From assembly GCF_009914755.1 (NCBI RefSeq), contig NC_060948.1: 64,000 nt of DNA; one strand, 5' to 3'. Positions 42,754-56,477 of this stretch are shown piece after piece. The stretch's first letter is position 1. Each line of letters opens with the position of its first letter. The notes beneath the pieces are model-generated. The model made no database searches, was not told the origin of the DNA, and saw only the letters and a list, made by a program, of their open reading frames with translations. The position numbers and the translations under genes are program-made. The stretch is from the human T2T-CHM13v2.0 reference genome, Homo sapiens.

Positions 42754-45700
42754 GAATGGATTCGACTGGAATGGAATGTTCTGGAAGTGAATGGACTCCA
42801 ATGGAATGGATTCGAAAGGAATGGAATCGAACGGAATGGAATCTAATGGAATGGAATTAAATGGAAATGAATCAAATTGAATAGCACGGAATTGAATTGA
42901 ATGGAATCGAATGCAATGGAATCTAATGAAACGGAAAGGAAAGGAATGCAATGGAATGGAATGGGCTGTAATGGAAAGGAATCGAAACGAATGGAATGGA
43001 ATCGAACTGAAGAGACTGGAATGGAATGCACTGGAATGGAAGGGAGTGTAATGGAAGGTTCTCGAAAAAAATGGAATCGAATGGAATGGAATTGAATGGA
43101 ACGGAATAGAGTCGCATGGAATTGAATGGAATGGAATGGACTAGAGTGAAATGGAATCGAACCAAAAGGAATGGACAGGAATAGAATGGTCTCGAATTGA
43201 ATGGAATCGTATGGAATGGCATCAAACGGAATGGAATGGACAGCCACGGAATGGAATGCACTCGAATGCAATGGAGTCGAAACTAATGGACTGGAATAGA
43301 ATGGACTCGACTTGTACGGACTCCAATGGAATGGAATCGAATGGAAGGGAATCGAACGGAATGGACTCGAAGGGAAAAGACTGCAATGGAAAGGTATCGA
43401 ATGGAATGGAAATTAATGGAATGGAATGGAATCGAAGGAAAAGGAGTCAAAAGGAATGGAATCGAATGGCAAGAAATCGAATGTAATGGAATCGCAAGGA
43501 ATTGATGTGAACGGAACGGAATGGAATGGAATCCAAAGGAATGGAATAGAATGGAATGGAATCGAATGGAAAGGACTCGAATGGAAATCACTCGAATAGA
43601 ATGCAATTTAATAAAATAGGACCAAATGTAATAGAATGGAATGGAAAGGAATCGAAACGGAAGGAATGGAGACAGATGGAATGGAATGGAACAGAGAGCA
43701 ATGGTATAGAATGGAATGGAATCATCTGGAATGGAATTGAATGGAATGGAATAATATGAAATGGAATGGAATGGAATGGAATGGAATGCCCTTGAATTAA
43801 ATGGACTGGACTCGAACAGAGTGGAATGGAAAGTGTTGAGATAGAATGGAATGGACTCCTTTGGAATGGTGTAGTATGCAATGCAATCGACTGGCAGGGA
43901 ATCAAAAGGAATGTAATCGAATGGATTGGACTGGAATGCAATGGACTCGAATAGATTGGAAACGGAATGCAAAGGAATGGAATGGAATAGTATGGAATGC
44001 AATGGAAGGGAATGGAGTGGAATAGACTAGAGTGGAATGGAATGGACTGGAAAGCAATGGACTGGAATGGAACATTCTTGGATGGACTGGAATCAAACGG
44101 AATGGAATGCAATGCAATCAAATGGCATGGAATAAAATAGAATGAAAGAGAATCAAATGGAATTGAATCGAATGGAATCGAATGGATTGGAAATGAATAG
44201 AATGGAATGGAATGGAATTGACTCAAATGGAATGGACTAGAATGGAATGGATTCGAATGGAAGGCAAAGGAATGGAATCTATTGGAATGGACTGTAATGG
44301 AATGGAATGGAAGGGATTGGAATGGACTCGAATGGAATGGACTGCAATAGAAAGGATTCGAATGGAATGAAAAAGAATTGAATGGAATAGAACAGAATGG
44401 AATCAAATCGAATGAAATGGAATGGAATAGAAAGTAATGGAATGAAATGGAATGGAAAGGATTCGAATGGAATGCAATCGAATGGAATGGAATCGAACGG
44501 AATGGAATAAAATGGAAGAAAACTGGCAAGAAATGGAATCGAAATGAATGGAGTGTTATGGAACGGACTCAAAAGGAATTGAATGTAATAGAATGGAGTG
44601 GAGTGGACTCGAATATAATGGACTGGAATGGAATGAAATCACATGGAATGGGAACGAATGGAATGGAATGGAAAGGAATGGAATCGAATGGAAAGGAATC
44701 GAATGGAAGGGAATGAAATTGAAACAACAGGAATGGAAGGGAATAGAATAGACTGTAATGGAATGGACTCGAATAGAATGGACACGAATGCTCAAATTAA
44801 ATGGACTCGAATGGAATGGAAACGAAAGGAATGTCATCGAATGGAATTGAATCGATTGGAATGAAATCGCATAGAATGGAGTGGAATCAAATGGAATTGA
44901 ATCGAAAGGAAAGGAAGCAAATGGACTGAAATGAAATGGAATGGAATTGAATGGAAAGTAATGCAATGGAATAGAATGGAACGAAATTTCACGGAATGGA
45001 ATCAAACTGAATGGAATCAAATCAATGGAATGAAATCAAATGGAATGGAAAGGAATTGAATGGAGTAGATGGGATTGGATGGGATTGGAATGAAATGTAC
45101 TGGAAAGGACTCGAATTTCATGAAACGGAATGGAATGAATTGGAACGGAATGGACTCGAATGGAATGGAGTGTCATGGAATGGCATCAAATGGAATGGAA
45201 TCGAATGCAATGGAATGCTATGGAATGGAATGGAATGCATTGGAATGGAATGTCCTCTAATGGAATGGATTCGAGTGGAATGGAATTGAATATAATGGAG
45301 TCGAATGAAATGGAATTGAAAGGAATGGGATCGAATACAATGGAATATACTGGAATGTAACGTAATGAACTCGAATGTAATTGACTGGAATGGAATGTAC
45401 ATGAATGGAATGTAATCGAATGGAAAGTAATCCAATGGAATAGAATCTAATGCGATAAAATCGACTCAGATAGAGTAGAATGTAATGGAATGGAGTGCAG
45501 TGCAATGGAATGGAATGGAATGGAATGCAATGGAATGGAATGGAATGGAAGGGAATGGGATGGAATGGTATGGAATGGATAGTAATGGACTGGAGTGAAA
45601 TGGACTGGAAAGGAATGGACTCAAATTGAAAGGGCTCGAAAGGAATGGAGTGAAATGGAATGGTCTGGAATGGAATGAACACGAATGTAATGCAATCCAA

Positions 45701-46277
45701 TAGAATGGAATCGAATGGCATGGAATATAAAGAAATGGAATCGAAGAGAATGGAAACAAATGGAATGGAATTGAATGGAATGGAATTGAATGGAATGGGA
45801 ACGAATGGAGTGAAATTGTATGCAGTAGAAGAGAATAGAATGGAATGCAAGCGAAAGGAAAGGAATGGATTGGAATGGAATGGAATTCATTGGAATGGAA
45901 GGGAATGTAGTGTAATGGACAGGCCTGGAATAAAGTGGAATGCTACGGTCTCGAATGGAATAAAAATGTATGGAATGGAATGCAATGAAACGGAATCGAA
46001 TGTCATAGAATGTAATGGAATGCAAAAAAATGGAATCCAAAATCATTGACTGGAAAGGCTGGGTGTCGAAAGGAATTGACTCCAATGGAATGGAATCGAA
46101 TGGAATGGAAGTGAATAGAATCGAACTAAATCGAATGGAATGGAATTGATAGGAACGGAATGGAAAGGAATGCAATGATTTGGCATGGAATGGAATCGAA
46201 TGGCATCGAATGGAATGGAATGGAATGCAATGGAATGGAATGTATTAGAATGTAATGAACTTTAATGGAATGTACTC
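42754..46277 (+). repeat. Monomer 13 (3524 bp)
   Basis: Anchor-to-anchor distance; 10-bp deletion at ~43810 and 15-bp deletion at ~45190. Confidence 0.9.
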
Positions 46278-49200
46278 GAATGGATTCGACTGGAATGGAA
46301 TGTTCTGGAAGTGAATGGACTCCAATGGAATGGATTCAAAAGGAATGGAATCGTACGGAATGGAATCTAATGGAATGGAATTAAATGGAAATGAATCAAA
46401 TTGAATAGCACGGAATTGAATTGAATGGAATGGAATGCAATGGAATCTAATGAAACGGAAAGGAAAGGAATGGAATGGAATGGAATGGGCTGGAATGGAA
46501 ACGAATCGAAACGAATGGAATGGAATCGAAGTGAAGAGACTGGAATGGAATGCACTGGAATGGAAGGGAGTGTAATGGAAGGTTCTCGAAAAAAATGGAA
46601 TCGAATGGAATGGAATTGAATGGAACGGAATAGAGTCGAATGGAATTGAATGGAATGGAATGGACTAGAGTGAAATGGAATCGAACCACAAGGAATGGAC
46701 AGGAATAGAATGGTCTCGAATTGAATGGAATCGTATGGAATGGCATCAAACGGAATGGAATGGACAGCCACGGAATGGAATGCACTCGAATGCAATGGAG
46801 TCGAAACTAATGGACTGGAATAGAATGGACTCGACTGGTACGGACTCCAATGGAATGGAATCGAATGGAAGGGAATCGAACGGAATGGACTCGAAGGGAA
46901 AAGACTGCAATGGAAAGGTCTCGAATGGAATGGAAATTAATGGAATGGAATGGAATCGAATGAAATGGAGTCAAAAGGAATGGAATCGAATGGCAAGAAA
47001 TCGAATGTAATGGAATCGCAAGGAATTGATGTGAACGGAACGGAATGAAATGGAATCCAAAGGAATGGAATAGAATGGAATGGAATCGAATGGAAAGGAC
47101 TCGAATGGAAATCACTCGAATAGAATGCAATTTAATAAAATAGGATCAAATGTAATGGAATGGAATGGAAAGGAACCGAAACGAAAGGAATGGAGACAGA
47201 TGGAATGGAATGGAACAGAGAGCAATGGTATAGAATGGAATGGAATCATCTGGAATGGAATTGAATGGAATGGAATAATATGAAATGGAATGGAATGGAA
47301 TGGAATGGAATGCCCTTGAATTAAATGGACTGGACTCGAACAGAGTGGAATGGAAAGTGTTGAGATAGAATGGAATGGACTCCTTTGGAATGGTCTAGTA
47401 TGCAATGCAATCGACTGGCAGGGAATCAAAAGGAATGTAATGGAATGGATTGGACTGGAATGCAATGGACTCGAATAGATTGGAAACGGAATGCAAAGGA
47501 ATGGAATGGAATAGTATGGAATGGAAAGAAATGGAATGGAAAGGATTCGAATGGAATGCAATCGAATGGAATGGAATCGAACGGAATGGAATAAAATGGA
47601 AGAAAACTGGCAAGAAATGGAATCGAAAGGAATGGAGTGTTATGGAAGGGACTCAAAAGGAATTGAAAGTAATAGAATGGAGTGGAGTGGACTCGAATAT
47701 AATGGACTGGAATGGAATGAAATCACATGGAATGGGAACGAATGGAATGGAATGGAAAGGAATGGAATCGAATGGAAAGGAATCGAATGGAAGGGAATGC
47801 AATTGAATCAACAGGAATGGAAGGGAATAGAATAGACTGTAATGGAATGGACTCGAATAGAATGGACACGAATGCTCAAATTAAATGGACTCGAATGGAA
47901 TGGAAACGAAAGGAATGTCATCGAATGGAATTGAATCGATTGGAATGAAATCGCATAGAATGGAGTGGAATCAAATGGAATTGAATCGAAAGGAAAGGAA
48001 GCGAATGGACTGAAATGAAATGGAATGGAATTGAATGGAAAGTAATGCAATGGAATAGAATGGAACGGAATTTCACGGAATGGAATCAAACTGAATGGAA
48101 TCAAATCAATGGAATCAAATCAAATGGAATGGAAAGGAATTGAATGGAGTAGATTGGATTGGATGGGATTGGAATGAAATGTACTGGAAAGGACTCGAAT
48201 TTCATGAAACGGAATGGAATGAATTGGAACGGAATGGACTCGAATGGAATGGAATGTCATGGAATGGCATCAAATGGAATGGCATCAAATGGAATGGAAT
48301 CGAATGCAATGGAATGCTATGGAATGGAATGGAATGCATTGGAATGGAATGTCCTCTAATGGAATGGATTCGAGTGGAATGGAATCGAATATAATGGAGT
48401 CGAGTGAAATGGAATTGAAAGGAATGGGATCGAATACAATGGAATATACTGGAATGTAATGTAATGAACTCGAATGTAATTGACTGGAATGGAATGTACA
48501 TGAATGGAATGTAATCGAATGGAAAGTAATCCAATGGAATAGAATCTAATGCAATAAAATCGACTCAGATAGAGTAGAATGTAATGGAATGGAGTGCAGT
48601 GCAATGGAATGGAATGGAATGGAATGCAATGGAATGGAATGGGATGGAATGGAATGGAATGGAATGGGATGGAATGGTATGGAATGGATAGTAATGGACT
48701 GGAGTGAAATGGACTGGAAAGGAATGGACTCAAATTGAAAGGGCTCGAAAGGAATGGAGTCAAATGGAATGGTCTGGAATGGAATGAACACGAATGTAAT
48801 GCAACCCAATGGAATGGAATCGAATGGCATGGAATATAAAGAAATGGAATCGAAGAGAATGGAAACAAATGTAATGGAATTGAATGGAATGGAATTGAAT
48901 GGAATGGGAACGAATGGAGTGAAATTGTATGCAGTAGAAGGGAATAGAATGGAATGCAAGCGAAAGGAAAGGAATGGATTGGAATGGAATGGAATTCATT
49001 GGAATGGAAGGGAATGTAGTGTAATGGACAGGCCTGGAATAAAGTGGAATGCTACGGTCTCGAATGGAATAAAAATGTATGGAATGGAATGCAATGAAAC
49101 GGAATCGAATGTCATAGAATGTAATGGAATGCAAAAAAATGGAATCCAAAATCATTGACTGGAAAGGCTGGGTGTCGAAAGGAATTGACTCCAATGGAAT

Positions 49201-49386
49201 GGAATCGAATGGAATGGAAGTGAATAGAATCGAACTAAATCGAATGGAATGGAATTGATAGGAACGGAATGGAAAGGAATGCAATGATTTGGCATGGAAT
49301 GGAATCGAATGGCATCGAATGGAATGGAATGGAATGCAATGGAATGGAATGTATTAGAATGTAATGAACTTTAATGGAATGTACTC
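46278..49386 (+). repeat. Monomer 14 (3109 bp), internally deleted
   Basis: The distance from AGTAT to GGATTCGAATGGAATGC is 30 bp here (47513 to 47543) versus 470 bp in monomer 1 (1241 to 1711), giving a 440-bp deletion. Confidence 0.9.
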
Positions 49387-52300
49387 GAATGGATTCGACT
49401 GGAATGGAATGTTCTGGAAGTGAATGGACTCCAATGGAATGGATTCAAAAGGAATGGAATCGTACGGAATGGAATTAAATGGAAATGAATCAAATTGAAT
49501 AGCACGGAATTGAATTGAATGGAATGGAATGCAATGGAATCTAATGAAACGGAAAGGAAAGGAATGGAATGGAATGGAATGGGCTGGAATGGAAAGGAAT
49601 CGAAACGAATGGAATGGAATCGAACTGAAGAGACTGGAATGGAATGCACTGGAATGGAAGGGAGTGTAATGGAAGGTTCTCGAAAAAAATGGAATCGAAT
49701 GGAATGGAATTGAATGGAACGGAATAGAGTCGAATGGAATTGAATGGAATGGAATGGACTAGAGTGAAATGGAATCGAACCACAAGGAATGGACAGGAAT
49801 AGAATGGTCTCGAATTGAATGGAATCGTATGGAATGGCATCAAACGGAATGGAATGGACAGCCACGGAATGGAATGCACTCGAATGCAATGGAGTCGAAA
49901 CTAATGGACTGGAATAGAATGGACTCGACTGGTACGGACTCCAATGGAATGGAATCGAATGGAAGGGAATCGAACGGAATGGACTCGAAGGGAAAAGACT
50001 GCAATGGAAAGGTCTCGAATGGAATGGAAATTAATGGAATGGAATGGAATCGAATGAAATGGAGTCAAAAGGAATGGAATCGAATGGCAAGAAATCGAAT
50101 GTAATGGAATCGCAAGGAATTGATGTGAACGGAACGGAATGGAATGGAATCCAAAGGAATGGAATAGAATGGAATGGAATCGAATGGAAAGGACTCGAAT
50201 GGAAATCACTCGAATAGAATGCAATTTAATAAAATAGGATCAAATGTAATGGAATGGAATGGAAAGGAATCGAAACGAAAGGAATGGAGACAGATGGAAT
50301 GGAATGGAACAGAGAGCAATGGTATAGAATGGAATGGAATCATCTGGAATGGAATTGAATGGAATGGAATAATATGAAATGGAATGGAATGGAATGGAAT
50401 GGAATGACCTTGAATTAAATGGACTGGAATGGAATGGACTCGAACAGAGTGGAATGGAAAGTGTTGAGATAGAATGGAATGGACTCCTATGGAATGGTCT
50501 AGTATGCAATGCAGTCGACTGGCAGGGAATCAAAAGGAATGTAATGGAATGGATTGGACTGGAATGCAATGGACTCGAATAGATTGGAAACGGAATGCAA
50601 AGGAATGGAGTGGAATAGTATGGAATGGAATGGAAAGGAATGGAGTGGAATAGACTAGAGTGGAATGGAATGGACTGGAAAGCAATGGACTGGAATGGAA
50701 CTTTCTTGAATGGACTGGAATCAAACGGAATGGAATGCAATGCAATCAAATGGCATGGAATAAAATAGAATGAAAGAGAATCAAATGGAATTGAATCGAA
50801 TGGAATCGAATGGATTGGAAAGGAATAGAATGGAATGGAATGGAATTGACTCAAATGGAATGGACTAGAATGGAATGGATTCGAATGGAAGGCAAAGGAA
50901 TGGAATCTTGGAATGGACTGTAATGGAATGGAATGGAAGGGATTGGAATGGACTCGAATGGAATGGACTGCAATAGAAAGGATTCGAATGGAATGAAAAA
51001 GAATTGAATGGAATAGAACAGAATGGAATCAAACCGAATGAAATGGAATGGAATAGAAAGGAATGGAATGAAATGGAATGGAAAGGATTCGAATGGAATG
51101 CAATCGAATGGAATGGAATCGAACGGAATGGAATAAAATGGAAGAACACTGGCAAGAAATGGAATCGAAATGAATGGAGTGTTATGGAACGGACTCAAAA
51201 GGAATTGAATGTAATAGAATGGAGTGGAGTGGACTCGAATATAATGGACTGGAACGGAATGAAATCTCATGGAATGGGAACGAATGGAATGGAATGGAAA
51301 GGAATGGAATCGAATGGAAAGGAATCGAATGGAAGGGAATTAAATTGAATCAACAGGAATGGAAGGGAATAGAATAGACGATAATGGAATGGACTCGAAT
51401 AGAATGGACACGAATGCTCAAATTGAATGGACTCGAATGGAATGGAAACGAAAGGAATGTCATCGAATGTAATAGAAACGTTTGGAATGAAATCGCATAG
51501 AATGGAGTGGAATCAAATGGAATTGAATCGAAAGGAAAGGAAGCGAATGGACTGAAATGAAATGGAATGGAATTGAATGGAAAGTAATGCAATGGAATAG
51601 AATGGAACGAAATTTCACGGAATGGAATCAAACTGAATGGAATCAAATCAATGGAATCAAATGAAATGGAATGGAAAGGAATTGAATGGAGTAGATTGGA
51701 TTGGATGGGATTGGAATGAAATGTACTGGAAAGGACTCGAATTTCATGAAACGGAATGGAATGAATTGGAACGGAATGGACTCGAATGGAATGGAATGTC
51801 ATGGAATGGCATCAAATGGAATGGCATCAAATGGAATGGAATCGAATGCAATGGAATGCTATGGAATGGAATGGAATGCATTGGAATGGAATGTCCTCTA
51901 ATGGAATGGATTCGAGTGGAATGGAATCGAATATAATGGAGTCGAATGAAATGGAATTGAAAGGAGTGGGATCGAATACAATGGAATATACTGGAATGTA
52001 ATGTAATGAACTCGAATGTAATTGACTGGAATGGAATGTACATGAATGGAATGTAATCGAATGGAAAGTAATCCAATGGAATAGAATCTAATGCAATAAA
52101 ACCGACTCAGATAGAGTAGAATGTAATGGAATGGAGTGCAGTGCAATGGAATGGAATGGAATGGAATGCAATGGAATGGAATGGAATGGAATGCAATGGA
52201 ATGGAATGGAATGGAATGGGATGGGATGGAATGGTATGGAATGGATAGTAAAGGACTGGAGTGAAATGGACTGGAAAGGAATGGACTCAAATTGAAAGGG

Positions 52301-52943
52301 CTCGAAAGGAATGGAGTCAAATGGAATGGTCTGGAATGGAATGAACACGAATGTAATGCAATCCAATAGAATGGAATCGAATGGCATGGAATATAAAGAA
52401 ATGGAATTGAAGAGAATGGAAACAAATGGAATGGAATTGAATGGAATGGAATTGAATGTAATGGGAACGAATGGAGTGAAATTGTATGCAGTAGAAGGGA
52501 ATAGAATGGAATGCAAGTGAAAGGAAAGGAATGGATTGGAATGGAATGGAATTCATTGGAATGGAAGGGAATGTAGTGTAATGGACAGGCCTGGAATAAA
52601 GTGGAATGCTACGGTCTCGAATGGAATAAAAATGTATGGAATGGAATGCAATGAAACGGAATCGAATGTCATAGAATGTAATGGAATGCAAAAAAATGGA
52701 ATCCAAAATCATTGACTGGAAAGGCTGGGTGTCGAAAGGAATTGACTCCAATGGAATGGAATCGAATGGAATGGAAGTGAATAGAATCGAACTAAATCGA
52801 ATGGAATGGAATTGATAGGAACGGAATGGAAAGGAATGCAATGATTTGGCATGGAATGGAATCGAATGGCATCGAATGGAATGGAATGGAATGCAATGGA
52901 ATGGAATGTATTAGAATGTAATGAACTTTAATGGAATGTACTC
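49387..52943 (+). repeat. Monomer 15 (3557 bp)
   Basis: Anchor-to-anchor distance; 15-bp deletion at ~49470, 2-bp deletion at ~50907. Confidence 0.9.
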
Positions 52944-55900
52944 GAATGGATTCGACTGGAATGGAATGTTCTTGAAGTGAATGGACTTCAATGGAATGGA
53001 TTCAAAAGGAATGGAATCGTACGGAATGGAATCTAATGGAATGGAATTAAATGGAAATGAATCAAATTGAATAGCACGGAATTGAATTGAATGGAATGGA
53101 ATGCAATGGAAACTAATGAAACGGAAAGGAAAGGAATGGAATGGAATGGAATGGGCTGGAATGGAAAGGAATCGAAACGAATGGAATGGAATCGAACTGA
53201 AGAGACTGGAATGGAATGCACTGGAATGGAAGGGAGTGTAATGGAAGGTTCTCGAAAAAAATGGAATCGAATGGAATGGAATTGAATGGAACGGAATAGA
53301 GTCGAATGGAATTGAATGGAATGGAATGGACTAGAGTGAAATGGAATCGAACCACAAGGAATGGACAGGAATAGAATGGTCTCGAATTGAATGGAATCGT
53401 ATGGAATGGCATCAAACGGAATGGAATGGACAGCCACGGAATGGAATGCACTCGAATGTAATGGAGTCGAAACTAATGGACTGGAATAGAATGGACTCGA
53501 CTGGTACGGACTCCAATGGAATGTAATCGAATGGAAGGGAATCGAACGGAATGGACTCGAAGGGAAAAGACTGCAATGGAAAGGTCTCGAATGGAATGGA
53601 AATTAATGGAATGGAATGGAATCGAATGAAATGGAGTCAAAAGGAATGGAATCGAATGGCAAGAAATCGAATGTAATGGAATCGCAAGGAATTGATGTGA
53701 ACGGAACGGAATGGAATGGAATCCAAAGGAATGGAATAGAATGGAATGGAATCGAATGGAAAGGACTCGAATGGAAATAACTCGAATAGAATGCAATTTA
53801 ATAAAATAGGATCAAATGTAATGGAATGGAATGGAAAGGAATCGAAACGAAAGGAATGGAGACAGATGGAATGGAATGGAACAGAGAGCAATGGTATAGA
53901 ATGGAATGGAATCATCTGGAATGGAATTGAATGGAATGGAATAATATGAAATGGAATGGAATGGAATGGAATGGAATGCCCTTGAATTAAATGGACTGGA
54001 ATGGAATGGACTCGAACAGAGTGGAATGGAAAGTGTTGAGATAGAATGGAATGGACTCCTTTGGAATGGTGTAGTATGCAATGCAATCGACTGGCAGGGA
54101 ATCAAAAGGAATGTAATCGAATGGATTGGACTGGAATGCAATGGACTCGAATAGATTGGAAACGGAATGCAAAGGAATGGAATGGAATAGTATGGAATGG
54201 AATGGAAAGGAATGGAGTGGAATAGACTAGAGTGGAATGGAATGGACTGGAAAGCAATGGACTGGAATGGAACTTTCTTGAATGGACTGGAATCAAACGG
54301 AATGGAATGCAATGCAATCAAACGGCATGGAATAAAATAGAATGAAAGAGAATCAAATGGAATTGAATCGAATGGAATCGAATGGATTGGAAAGGAATAG
54401 AATGGAATGGAATGGAATTGACTCAAATGGAATGGACTAGAATGGAATGGATTCGAATGGAAGGCAAAGGAATGGAATCTTTTGGAATGGACTGTAATGG
54501 AATGGAATGGAAGGGATTGGAATGGACTCGAATGGAATGGACTGCAATAGATAGGATTCGAATGGAATGAAAAAGAATTGAATGGAATAGAACAGAATGG
54601 AATCAAATCGAATGAAAAGGAATGGAATAGAAAGGAATTGAATGAAATGGAATGGAAAGGATTCGAATGGAATGCAATCGAATGGAATGGAATCGAACGG
54701 AATGGAATAAAATGGAAGAAAACTGGCAAGAAATGGAATCGAAATGAATGGAGTGTTATGGAACGGACTCAAAAGGAATTGAATGTAATAGAATGGAGTG
54801 GAGTGGACTCGAATATAATGGACTGGAATGGAATGAAATCACATGGAATGGGAACGAATGGAATGGAATGGAAAGGAATGGAATCGAATGGAAAGGAATC
54901 GAATGGAAGGGAATGAAATTGAATCAACAGGAATGGAAGGGAATAGAATAGACGGTAATGGAATGGACTCGAATAGAATGGACACGAATGCTCAAATTGA
55001 ATGGACTCGAATGGAATGGAAACGAAAAGAATGTCATCGAATGGAATTGAATCGATTGGAATGAAATCGCATAGAATGGAGTGGAATCAAATGGAATTGA
55101 ATCGAAAGGAAAGGAAGCGAATGGACTGAAATGAAATGGAATGGAATTGAATGGAAAGTAATGCAATGGAATAGAATGGAACGAAATTTCACGGAATGGA
55201 ATCAAACTGAATGGAATCAAATCAATGGAATCAAATCAAATGGAATGGAAAGGAATTGAATGGAGTAGATTGGATTGGATGGGATTGGAATGAAATGTAC
55301 TGGAAAGGACTCGAATTTCATGAAAAGGAATGGAATGAATTGGAACGAAATGGACTCGAATGGAATGGAATGTCATGGAATGGCATCAAATGGAATGGCA
55401 TCAAATGGAATGGAATCGAATGCAATGGAATGCTATGGAATGGAATGGAATGCATTGGAATGGAATGTCCTCTAATGGAATGGATTCGAGTGGAATGGAA
55501 TCGAATATAATGGAGTCGAATGAAATGGAATTGAAAGGAATGGGATCGAATAGAATGGAATATACTGGAATGTAATGTAATGAACTCGAATGTAATTGAC
55601 TGGAATGGAATGTACATGAATGGAATGTAATCGAATGGAAAGTAATCCAATGGAATAGAATCTAATGCAATAAAATCGACTCAGATAGAGTAGAATGTAA
55701 TGGAATGGAGTGCAGTGCAATGGAATGGAATGGAATGGAATGCAATGGAATGGAATGGAATGGAATGGAATGGGATGGAATGGTATGGAATGGACAGTAA
55801 TGGACTGGAGTGAAATGGACTGGAAAGGAATGGACTCAAATTGAAAGGGCTCGAAAGGAATGGAGTCAAATGGAATGGTCTGGAATGGAATGAACACGAA

Positions 55901-56477
55901 TGTAATGCAATCCAATAGAATGGAATCGAATGGCATGGAATATAAAGAAATGGAATCGAAGAGAATGGAAACAAATGGTATGGAATTGAATGGAATGGGA
56001 ACGAATGGAGTGAAATTGTATTCAGTAGAAGAGAATAAAATGGAATGCAAGTGAAAGGAAAGGAATGGATTGGAATGGAATGGAATTCATTGGAATGGAA
56101 GGGAATGTAGTGTAATGGACAGGCCTGGAATAAAGTGGAATGCTACGGTCTCGAATGGAATAAAAATGTATGGAATGGAATGCAATGAAACGGAATCGAA
56201 TGTCATAGAATGTAATGGAATGCAAAAAAATGGAATCCAAAATCATTGACTGGAAAGGCTGGGTGTCGAAAGGAATTGACTCCAATGGAATGGAATCGAA
56301 TGGAATGGAAGTGAATAGAATCGAACTAAATCGAATGGAATGGAATTGATAGGAACGGAATGGAAAGGAATGCAATGATTTGGCATGGAATGCAATCGAA
56401 TGGCATCGAATGGAATGGAATGGAATGCAATGGAATGGAATGTATTAGAATGTAATGAACTTTAATGGAATGTACTC
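52944..56477 (+). repeat. Monomer 16 (3534 bp)
   Basis: Anchor-to-anchor distance; 15-bp deletion at ~55985. Confidence 0.9.
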
